Source: Pseudomonadota bacterium
GTDB lineage: Bacteria > Bdellovibrionota > Bdellovibrionia > Bdellovibrionales > SG-bin7
NCBI GenBank assembly: GCA_034439715.1
Contig: JAWXAY010000042.1
Location: forward strand, 1 to 15,689
Reading direction: 5' to 3'
Length of the DNA: 15,689 nucleotides
Shown here: one piece after another, positions 7,266 through 15,026 of the stretch
How the letters are laid out: every line of letters starts with the position of its first letter
Numbering within the stretch: the stretch's first letter is position 1
The notes under the pieces: model-generated
What the model was told of the DNA's origin: nothing
The model's input: the letters and a program-made list of their open reading frames with translations, nothing else
Database searches by the model: none
Program-made: the position numbers and the translations under genes

Positions 7266-9093
7266 GCGCTTGTTGGACCAATTCGCTTTCCTTTTTTTCA
7301 AGACTATCTAAATGCTCCAAAAGAATTTCTTCAAGCTTGAGAATTTCTTTTGAGACCAGCGCCAATTCCTTGGCAAGATCGTGTGCCTTAAGGCCTGTGG
7401 TTTTCATAAGGCTATCGTTTAATTCATCGCGCTTGGATTCTTGCGTTTCTATCAACCCTTCGCTTTTGCTAATTTCTTTTTGTAATTGTTTTATCTCGGC
7501 AGTCAGCCTTTTACTATCGCTCCGAAATTTCGGCTTATCTGTAAGAGATTTTTTTTCAATGAGAGTAATTTGCTGAGGGTTCTCAGCCTGAGTGGTCTTT
7601 TTTCGCTCTCTTAATGCGCCCTTTTGTAGACTCCACACATACTCATCGTAAGTGCCGGGGTAGATTTCGACCACGCCATCGTGAATTTCTAAAATTTTTG
7701 TAGCAATTCGCCCGATAAAACTGCGATCGTGGCTGACGATAATTACGGTCCCCTCATAATCTCTCAGTGCTTCTGTAAGGGTTTCAACAGTGTCAAAATC
7801 GAGATGATTCGTCGGCTCGTCCATTAAAAGCAAGGGGCTGCGTTTTAATAATACTTGACCTAAGGCTACCCTTGATTTTTCTCCGCCTGAAAGCATCTTT
7901 ACTTTCTTGTATACATCTTCGCCCGAAAATAATAGCGAGCCCGCCACATTTAAAATATCCTGAATTTTAAGTTCGCGGTGAGCCGCTTTCTGCAAACTCC
8001 CAAGCACGTCATCGCTCATATCTAATTGTTCGGCAGAGTGCTGAGAAAAATGCGATAGTGTCACTTGATAACCCAAAGTTCTTTCACCGTTAATCAAAGG
8101 TAATGAGCCCGCCAAACTTTTTAGTAAAGTGGATTTACCGGCACCATTATAGCCCACAACACCCAAATGATTGCCTCGCTCGAGTCGTAGATTTACTCCT
8201 CTTAAAATCAAATTTTTGCCATACCCCAGGTCGGCGTTTAATAGCGCCAAAGATTCTTTGCCCGTGTGTATTGGTGGCGGAATTCTAATTTTCGCCCTCA
8301 CGGGCAAGTCTTTCATTTCAATGGTACCCATTTTCTCTAACATCTTCATGCGACTCTGAGCTTGTTTAGCTTTGCTTGCTTTGGCTTTAAATCTATTCAC
8401 GAACTCTTGAATGTGTTTTCGTTTGAGCGCTAAGTTTGAGGCCTGGGCAGAAAGGACGGTGCGCAGTTGCACTTTTTGTTCAAAATAATCATCTATGTGC
8501 CCGGGGAATTTAGTGATGTCACCCGCCTCAACCTCGAGTGTGGCTTCAGTTGTTCGCCGTAAAAACTCTCGATCATGAGATATCAAAAGAAAAGCGCCGT
8601 TAAAACTCTGCAGAAATGTCTCTAATGCTAATATACTTTCTAAATCTAAAAAATTAGTCGGCTCATCGAGTAACATGAGATTGGGCTCTTGACCAATAAG
8701 GTAAAGCAGCTTCATTCTCATACGAAAGCCGCCGCTTAATTTGGCGAGCGGGCTACCAAAATGCTCTTCGGTCAAGCCCAGGCTTACGCCTATTTGTTTC
8801 AACTCCCACAGGGGTTTAAGGCAATTTTCTCCAAGGTACTCCTCTGAAGACTGATTGAGATCCCACTCGGCTTCCTGCTCCAAATAACCAATGCGCAGCT
8901 GCTGAGATTTAATCAGTTCTCCCGTATCTAACGACTCTTGTCCCACAAGAATTTTAAAAAGTGTGGTTTTACCGGCTCCATTTGGTCCAATGACACCTAC
9001 ATGCTCGCCCGCATTGATAGCAAAACTTGCCGTATCAAATAAAACTCTGGCACCAAAGTTTTTGCAACCACGTTGTAGTTGGAGTAAGTTCAT
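7258..9093 (-). CDS. ABC-F family ribosome-associated ATPase (YheS/YdiF-like linker)
   Basis: Two ABC domains (GPNGAGKT/LSGGF/LLDEPTN/ISHDR and GYNGAGKS/LSGGE/LMDEPTN/VSHDR), linker FVNRFKAKASKAKQAQSR, C-terminal coiled coil, no TM segments. Confidence 0.95.
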   Translation of the reverse strand: MNLLQLQRGCKNFGARVLFDTASFAINAGEHVGVIGPNGAGKTTLFKILVGQESLDTGELIKSQQLRIGYLEQEAEWDLNQSSEEYLGENCLKPLWELKQIGVSLGLTEEHFGSPLAKLSGGFRMRMKLLYLIGQEPNLMLLDEPTNFLDLESILALETFLQSFNGAFLLISHDREFLRRTTEATLEVEAGDITKFPGHIDDYFEQKVQLRTVLSAQASNLALKRKHIQEFVNRFKAKASKAKQAQSRMKMLEKMGTIEMKDLPVRAKIRIPPPIHTGKESLALLNADLGYGKNLILRGVNLRLERGNHLGVVGYNGAGKSTLLKSLAGSLPLINGERTLGYQVTLSHFSQHSAEQLDMSDDVLGSLQKAAHRELKIQDILNVAGSLLFSGEDVYKKVKMLSGGEKSRVALGQVLLKRSPLLLMDEPTNHLDFDTVETLTEALRDYEGTVIIVSHDRSFIGRIATKILEIHDGVVEIYPGTYDEYVWSLQKGALRERKKTTQAENPQQITLIEKKSLTDKPKFRSDSKRLTAEIKQLQKEISKSEGLIETQESKRDELNDSLMKTTGLKAHDLAKELALVSKEILKLEEILLEHLDSLEKKESELVQQAPT

Positions 9094-9148
9094 ATATGAG
9101 CTTTACCCTATTTATTGAATTTGGACTAGAGACTTTACGGGGGTTTAC

Positions 9149-10207
9149 ATGATCAACAGGAAAACGCTAATAATCGTATTTTCACTGTGTCTTTGGCTGT
9201 GGCTTTCACTTTCCCATGTCTCACGCGCACTTGCTTGGGGAGATATTGGCCATGGAGCCGTCGGCTTTATTGCTGAGAAAAACCTCACATCGAAAGGGCG
9301 AGCCTTAGTCCATCAAATAATTGGAATTGAGTCTTTAGCAATAGCTGCGATGTGGCCCGATCAATCTCGCTCGGATGAACGCTTTAAGGCCTTTGCTCCT
9401 TTTCATTTTTTTGAAATTCCACCTCAGTTTACTTTTTCAACATTGCCAGAATCAGACCGGGCTATCAGTGATGCACATACAATTATCAACCAGGTGCCCA
9501 GTATGCTTATTGATGCAAAACTCAGCCGCGAACAAAAGATGATCCTGTTTCGCTACCTCGTACACGTGGTAGGTGATGTTCACCAACCACTTCATATTGG
9601 TAACGGTATTGATAGGGGCGCCAATCTATGTAGTGTCAATTGGACCAACCCAAGCACAGGACTGGTTGAAAGCACAAATCTGCATACGGCCTGGGACGAA
9701 AAGCTTATTGAAAATATCGCCCAAGAATCTAAAGCTACAAACCCCAGTGCTCCAGGGATAAAACGTCTGTTTGGATACAAAGAGTTCGCTGATTTGATCT
9801 TAGCTGAAACAAAGAATCAAAAAGGCGAGGGTGATTTTGCTAGTATTAGCCGTGCGCCTGTCCCCAATTGGTATGACGAATCGCGAAATCTACATTCTGA
9901 AGTCTATCCCGATGTAAAACCCTCTACAAAACCTGAAGAACGGAGCTATTGCAAAGTCGTCGACAAAAAAACGCAAAAAGTGACCAATGGCAAATTCGAT
10001 CCCGATAAAATACCCACGTTAGATAGTGTTTATATTCAAAAGTCGATACCCACTTTAAAAAAACGCGTACTGTATGCGGGCTACCGTTTAGCAGGACTCA
10101 TTAATAAAATCTCCGAGGGCTCGATCCAAATCAATCGCAGCATCAATGATGATATGAAGGATTTGGAGACAATCACTTTGAAGAATTCAAAAAGTACCAG
10201 AAATTAG
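9149..10207 (+). CDS. Secreted S1/P1 family nuclease
   Basis: Signal peptide ending ALA followed by WGDIGH (mature N-terminal Trp). Zn-ligand motifs WPD, LVHVVGDVHQPLH, NLHTAWD, plus DRGAN and AGYRLA. Confidence 0.95.
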   Translation: MINRKTLIIVFSLCLWLWLSLSHVSRALAWGDIGHGAVGFIAEKNLTSKGRALVHQIIGIESLAIAAMWPDQSRSDERFKAFAPFHFFEIPPQFTFSTLPESDRAISDAHTIINQVPSMLIDAKLSREQKMILFRYLVHVVGDVHQPLHIGNGIDRGANLCSVNWTNPSTGLVESTNLHTAWDEKLIENIAQESKATNPSAPGIKRLFGYKEFADLILAETKNQKGEGDFASISRAPVPNWYDESRNLHSEVYPDVKPSTKPEERSYCKVVDKKTQKVTNGKFDPDKIPTLDSVYIQKSIPTLKKRVLYAGYRLAGLINKISEGSIQINRSINDDMKDLETITLKNSKSTRN

Positions 10208-10599
10208 TGAACCGCTCCTTGATCAATTACCATCACCGGATTTTCAAAAGAAATTCGTGAATGATAAGGAATATTTTTAACTGAAAGCTGCAAGGTCTGT
10301 AGGGTCGGCAAACCAGAGCAATCGGTCCCAGGTGCCAGTATGGCTACACGGTATTGGGTACCGTACTCGCCGCTTACTTTATCTACTTTTATCTGAACGC
10401 TTTCTTGGCTAAGGCTGCCACAGCGAGAATAATTGGCTGTAATCAAAGTGACGTCGATATCGAGGCGAGCTGGACCTGGCATAAGATTTTGATACTGAAC
10501 GACCTCGGTAACATTTAAATTCTCCAATATGTAAACTTCCGAAGCACTCGCCGGTACGTACATAGAAATTAATAACAAAAATACATTTATACTTTTCAT
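10204..10599 (-). CDS. Small secreted hypothetical protein
   Basis: ATG with GAGGAG SD (10606-10611), signal peptide MKSINVFLLLISMYVPASA, beta-rich mature part with two Cys. Confidence 0.75.
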   Translation of the reverse strand: MKSINVFLLLISMYVPASASEVYILENLNVTEVVQYQNLMPGPARLDIDVTLITANYSRCGSLSQESVQIKVDKVSGEYGTQYRVAILAPGTDCSGLPTLQTLQLSVKNIPYHSRISFENPVMVIDQGAVH

Positions 10600-10634
10600 T
10601 TTTTTCTCCTCGGTTTTATTTTCACATTTAACAA
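10596..10634 (-). CDS. Putative 12-aa leader peptide/uORF (MLNVKIKPRRKK)
   Basis: TTG start 5 nt after a perfect SD TAAGGAGG (10647-10640). Its TGA overlaps the ATG of the 10599 gene (ATGA). Confidence 0.35.
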   Translation of the reverse strand: MLNVKIKPRRKK

Positions 10635-10735
10635 ATACGCCTCCTTATACTGACCAAATAGACATTGGGATATGAGGCATTCATTATTTTATATTATTTT
10701 TGCAAGATTATCGCGCTGCTTCACAAAGGAGTGGT

Positions 10736-11236
10736 TTAAAAAAACTCCACTTTGACGATTTCAACCAAGCTCTCGCCACTTGGTTTTTTAATTGTGACTT
10801 CGTCGCCCTGTTTTTTCCCAAGGAGTGCCTTTGCCAATGGTGACTGCCATGATACCCTACCCTGCTCAATGTCGATTTCGTCTTGGCCTACGATCTGGTA
10901 GGTTTTTTTTAGACCCTCCTCATCCTCAATCATTACGGTAGCGCCAAACACAATGGTCTCTGACTTAAGGGTTTTGGGATCGATAACCTCGGCAATTTCT
11001 ATTCGGCTGAGTAAAAAACCCAGTCGACGGTCAATTTCTCGTAACCTCTTTTTATTGTAAATGTAATCCGCATTTTCGCTCCGATCGCCCAGGCTGGCAG
11101 CCCAGGCGACAGCTTTGACAGTTAGTGGGCGCTCCTTATGCATGAGGGTCTGATATTCATCTCTTAAACGGGCCAGCCCGTCAGGGGTGATGTAGTTAGG
11201 GACTCTTTCTTGCGGCATAGTATTTTTCACGACCAT
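10736..11236 (-). CDS. greB: Transcription elongation factor GreB
   Basis: NYITPDG, ERP...VAWAASLGDRSENADYIYNKKRLREIDRR (GreB-type), FGATV, YQIVGQDE, SWQSPLAKALLGK. Start is uncertain (TTG 11242, ATG 11236 or ATG 11218). Confidence 0.96.
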   Translation of the reverse strand: MVVKNTMPQERVPNYITPDGLARLRDEYQTLMHKERPLTVKAVAWAASLGDRSENADYIYNKKRLREIDRRLGFLLSRIEIAEVIDPKTLKSETIVFGATVMIEDEEGLKKTYQIVGQDEIDIEQGRVSWQSPLAKALLGKKQGDEVTIKKPSGESLVEIVKVEFF

Positions 11237-11238
11237 TT

Positions 11239-11910
11239 TCAATAACGATACACAACCGTGATCATCGGTTTTAATTCCGCATCGATGGCAGGCGTAACAA
11301 GCTTCAAGTTGGTATATGGCGGGATGGAACCCGTTCGAACTTCACGAGTTTGCCTAGGATAAGAAACAGAGCGATAAATCAGTGAAGGCCCAATTTCAAA
11401 TCCGCCGCCTAAATTGAGACTGTAATTTATCGCTATCTGAATGCCCTTGCCATCGAGATTGATGAAAGTCTCATCAGTACTCAAAGTGCCGTCACTCACG
11501 ACAAGTTTATTTTTTAAGGACTTTTCGGCCGTCATAAAATAGGTAAAAAGAAAGCGCCACGAGCCCAAGGTGTAACCTACAGTTGGCCCCAATTCGCTCT
11601 TCGATTCTGTTCGATCAATGGCGTCCTCACCGCCCAATGAGGCACGGCTCGAGGTTACACTAAACAAATTATAAGAAAGTGCCAAAATAATACTGTTCGT
11701 GAATGTGTAGCCGATGGTAGTGCGAAAGTCGTAGCCAATCCCCGCCTCGGTGGCAATTGTATTAGTGGTTGATCCACCAATATCAGCCAGTACGTCGTTT
11801 TTCTTCACGTGAACCGGAAAGAAAGTCTCTTCGATGTATAGCTGGGCAAGACCGCTGTTAGGCAACCCCAAAAAAACCAAGCCACAGAAAACCAATTTAA
11901 AATAATTCAT
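11239..11910 (-). CDS. Probable outer-membrane beta-barrel protein
   Basis: Start reassigned to ATG 11910 (AAGGAG at 11921-11926), giving signal peptide MNYFKLVFCGLVFLGLPNSGLA. Strands YDFRTTIGYTF, LGPTVGYTLG, IQIAINYSL, FEIGPSLIY, and terminal PMITVVYRY. Confidence 0.75.
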   Translation of the reverse strand: MNYFKLVFCGLVFLGLPNSGLAQLYIEETFFPVHVKKNDVLADIGGSTTNTIATEAGIGYDFRTTIGYTFTNSIILALSYNLFSVTSSRASLGGEDAIDRTESKSELGPTVGYTLGSWRFLFTYFMTAEKSLKNKLVVSDGTLSTDETFINLDGKGIQIAINYSLNLGGGFEIGPSLIYRSVSYPRQTREVRTGSIPPYTNLKLVTPAIDAELKPMITVVYRY

Positions 11911-11933
11911 TTTGATATATCTCCTTTTTGGAA

Positions 11934-11946
11934 TCTCAGACTGAGA
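11934..11946. promoter_or_regulatory. Palindromic operator-like site TCTCA-GAC-TGAGA
   Basis: Perfect 5-3-5 inverted repeat in the divergent intergenic region. GAGACA recurs at 12059 and 12072. Confidence 0.4.
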
Positions 11947-12069
11947 CAATGCAATACTAAGATTAAGTTATGTTGTACTAATAGTGAACATATTTTGTAC
12001 GTTTTCCCCCCAACATTTACTTAAAAGAGAGTAGAATTAAATGTAGCAGCACGTTAAGGAGACAGTTAA

Positions 12070-15003
12070 GTGAGACAGTTTGTTAGTGCCCAGTACAATC
12101 GATGCGCGATCCCAAGCAGCCCGTGGCTTATGGCTAGGACATTACTAATTGTTATCGGCTTGCTAGGATCAACGGGCTGCCTAGAAGACGGCAAAATACC
12201 TTCGAGCTCTACGTCTGAATGTAGCGATGCCTTTGAAAAAGTAATTATCCCAATTCAAATTAATGGCGGTCACCATCTTTCATTTAATATAGATGACTTT
12301 GATTTTCTGTTGGACCCCAATGTGCAAATAACTGACATTAGACTTGAAGGTATATTTTACGACCATAAAGAAAAGGAACTTGATGATTTTTCATTTTCTG
12401 TCAACGGCATTAAGGCCATACGCCGAGATGGTGGCCGCCATTTTGAATCTCGCAAACATAAAGAAGATAAAGAAGACGAAAGTCATTTTTCAAACAGGGT
12501 TCATAAATACTATTTAAACGGTGGCGAACCTTTTCATAGATTCTTAATTAAACTAAAAAAGAACAAAGGAATTCTGAAACTTTCGCTTCATGGTAAGCAT
12601 AATAAAGTTCGCTCAGCCCAACTTGTAGTCACGGGTATTAAATATATTAAATGCGAAAACCCACCACCTCCTCCACCACCACCACCGCCGGCAGTAGCTC
12701 CTAAAACTGTTATTGATAGCGTGGCACCCACTGGCAGCGTAACCAACTCGACTTCAATGAGTATTGCCTTCTCCAGTGACCAAATGAATGTGAGTTTTGT
12801 TTGTTCCTTAGATGGCTCCAGTGCACCTTGCTCTAGCCCAGTCAATTATTCCGGTTTGACTAATGGGGATCATGTATTCACGGTTTCGGCTACAAATGCA
12901 GGCGGTTTATCAGACGTCACACCTCCCACTTATAGTTGGAATATTGACAGCGTTGCGCCCACAGTAACAATAGATAATTTAGCTGATCTAAAAAGTTTAA
13001 CTAATCAAACATCACACCAGTTTTTATTTTCATCAAGTGAGGCCGGTACTTTTACTTGTTCACTTGATGGCGCGACCGCTTCACCCTGTTCTTCGCCTCT
13101 TGCATTTACTAACCTTGCCGAAGGCAGTCATCAAGTATCTATTAATATCGTGGATTTAGTCGGTAATCCTGGTGAAAGTCCGGCGAGCTTTCAGTGGGTC
13201 ATTGATGTCACCGCCCCGGTAACGAGTATTGTTTCGGCAAGCCCTTCAGCCCCCATTAATAACTCGGCAACCATTGAGTTTCAATTTGCAGCTAATGAAA
13301 GTGCTACGCTCCAATGTTCAATTGACAATAACGCTTTTAATACATGTGTGTCGCCGTTAAGTATTAATAACTTAGTAGAGGGTGCGCATTGGTTTGAAGT
13401 TCGTGCCGCCGATGTGGCTGGCAATATCGGGCTACCCGCTAGCTATAGTTGGTCAGTTGATTTGTCGGCCCCTCTTATAACATTGGGCAATATTTTACCA
13501 CTTGAAGGCTTAACCAATTCCAAAGATGTTTCAGTTGATTTTAGTATATCTGAGGTTTCTGACGTCACCTGTAGTTTTGACGGAGTTCCACTTTCGCCCT
13601 GCATTTCACCCTTTACCACGAGTGTATTGACCGATGGCAATCATAACTTGGTCATCTCGGCAATTGATGGCGCCGGTAACTTGAGTACTAGTGCGCAGTT
13701 AAATTGGACAATGGACTTTACTTTACCATCAATTAGTTTTGGCGCTATCTTGCCGTCGGCCTCAAGTAACATTAATTCAAACTCTCTTACAGTAGAAGTA
13801 ATTCCTTCTGAGATTGTCAATTTTTCTTCAACTCTTAATGGTGAAGACTTGGCACAATCGGTATCTCCAATTGTGTTGAGCAATCTACCTCAAGGTTTCT
13901 ATATCTTAGAAGTCACTGCCATAGATAGCGCTGGCAATCCGGCCAACTCCATTAGCCATTCTTTTACTGTCGACCAAACCTCACCATTACTCACGGTGAA
14001 CTCAAGCGTTGGTGTGCTGACAAATAGTGACAACAACACATTAACTTTTTCTGCCAATGAAAGCGCGAGTTTTAGTTGTAACGTAGACGCCTCAGGTTAT
14101 ACCGCCTGCGCAAGTCCCTTAGCTTTGAGCGGTTTGGCCGACGGCGAACATAATGTCGAAGTTAAAGCCACTGATTTGGCGGGTAATGTAAGCACGGTGT
14201 CGACTTTGACCTGGGTTGTTGATACTTTGGCGTCAACGACTTCGTTAACTGCACATTTCAGCAAAAGAAATGTAGTGACTTTTACTTTGTCTGCGAGTGA
14301 GGCCAACAGCACATTTTTATGTTCACTCGATGGTGCTGTTAGCTCTGCATGTACCTCACCTAAAACTTATACGGTTAGTGTCGGCGCACATTCATTTTTA
14401 GCGCGCGCCGTAGATGCCGCCGGAAATATCGATCCCGTGGGTGCTACTTACAACTTTACTGTTACGCCGCCAATCACAACCACTTTAGTTAGTGCTAGTT
14501 TTGGCTCACTCACAAATCAGAACTCAATGACTTTTACGTTTACCTCAAACCATTCTAATGCGAGCTTTCAGTGTTCACTTGATAATGCCGCTCCAAGTGT
14601 TTGCACCTCACCGAAATCCTATACCGGTTTAGCTGACGCCTCTCATAATTTTAGAGTTCAAGCGATTGACATCTATGGTGGTGTTGATGCTGTGGGCGCG
14701 AGTTTTTCTTGGGTTGTGGATACCACTTCGCCCTCCATTATTCCGCCCATTACATTTACAAGTACCAGTTCCTCAGTCACAATCAACTGGACCACTAATG
14801 AACTCGCAACCTCAAGTTTGCTTTGGGGTCTGGGCTCCAGTACAAATATTTCGGTCGCCGATGACGGTGTTTATAAAACTAGCCACTCGATTAGAGTGCT
14901 AGGCCTTTCACCAAATACTCTCTACAGCTTTAAACCCGGTGGCCATGATCCAGCTGGTAATACATATGTGGGTGGACCTTTTAGCGTTCGCACCAATAGG
15001 TAG
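12070..15003 (+). CDS. Large surface protein, probable lipoprotein: N-terminal domain, Pro10 linker, 8 Ig-like repeats, C-terminal FN3-like domain
   Basis: GTG start with AAGGAG at 12056-12061 (alternative ATG 12130). Lipobox-like LLGSTG-C37. Repeats of the form F.CSLDG....C.SP.....L..G.H.F.V.A.D.AGN......W.VD..AP. C-terminal VTINWTTNE...HSIRVLGLSPNTLYSF. Confidence 0.88.
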   Translation: MRQFVSAQYNRCAIPSSPWLMARTLLIVIGLLGSTGCLEDGKIPSSSTSECSDAFEKVIIPIQINGGHHLSFNIDDFDFLLDPNVQITDIRLEGIFYDHKEKELDDFSFSVNGIKAIRRDGGRHFESRKHKEDKEDESHFSNRVHKYYLNGGEPFHRFLIKLKKNKGILKLSLHGKHNKVRSAQLVVTGIKYIKCENPPPPPPPPPPAVAPKTVIDSVAPTGSVTNSTSMSIAFSSDQMNVSFVCSLDGSSAPCSSPVNYSGLTNGDHVFTVSATNAGGLSDVTPPTYSWNIDSVAPTVTIDNLADLKSLTNQTSHQFLFSSSEAGTFTCSLDGATASPCSSPLAFTNLAEGSHQVSINIVDLVGNPGESPASFQWVIDVTAPVTSIVSASPSAPINNSATIEFQFAANESATLQCSIDNNAFNTCVSPLSINNLVEGAHWFEVRAADVAGNIGLPASYSWSVDLSAPLITLGNILPLEGLTNSKDVSVDFSISEVSDVTCSFDGVPLSPCISPFTTSVLTDGNHNLVISAIDGAGNLSTSAQLNWTMDFTLPSISFGAILPSASSNINSNSLTVEVIPSEIVNFSSTLNGEDLAQSVSPIVLSNLPQGFYILEVTAIDSAGNPANSISHSFTVDQTSPLLTVNSSVGVLTNSDNNTLTFSANESASFSCNVDASGYTACASPLALSGLADGEHNVEVKATDLAGNVSTVSTLTWVVDTLASTTSLTAHFSKRNVVTFTLSASEANSTFLCSLDGAVSSACTSPKTYTVSVGAHSFLARAVDAAGNIDPVGATYNFTVTPPITTTLVSASFGSLTNQNSMTFTFTSNHSNASFQCSLDNAAPSVCTSPKSYTGLADASHNFRVQAIDIYGGVDAVGASFSWVVDTTSPSIIPPITFTSTSSSVTINWTTNELATSSLLWGLGSSTNISVADDGVYKTSHSIRVLGLSPNTLYSFKPGGHDPAGNTYVGGPFSVRTNR
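12661..12690 (+). repeat. CCN x10 polyproline linker
   Basis: ccaccacctcctccaccaccaccaccgccg encodes 10 consecutive Pro (aa 198-207). Confidence 0.95.
12700..14733 (+). repeat. Eight tandem ~85-aa Ig-like repeats (protein level, diverged in DNA)
   Basis: Cores: CSLDGSSAPCSSP, CSLDGATASPCSSP, CSIDNNAFNTCVSP, CSFDGVPLSPCISP, STLNGEDLAQSVSP, CNVDASGYTACASP, CSLDGAVSSACTSP, CSLDNAAPSVCTSP. Confidence 0.88.
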
Positions 15004-15026
15004 AGAAAAATTTAGAACTGATTAAT

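Noticed and set aside
11911..11949. TTG start at 11949 for the barrel gene, and the T7 g10-like AAGGAGATATA
   Set aside because: The SD and signal peptide support ATG 11910. The T7-like match is short with no other vector sequence, so it is coincidental.
12661..12690. Functional link between Pro10 and the nearby ABC-F (polyproline stall rescue), or phase variation of the tract
   Set aside because: The genes are in different transcription units, the linker is YheS-like rather than Uup/YfmR-like, and the tract uses mixed codons in triplets, so slippage would not shift the frame.
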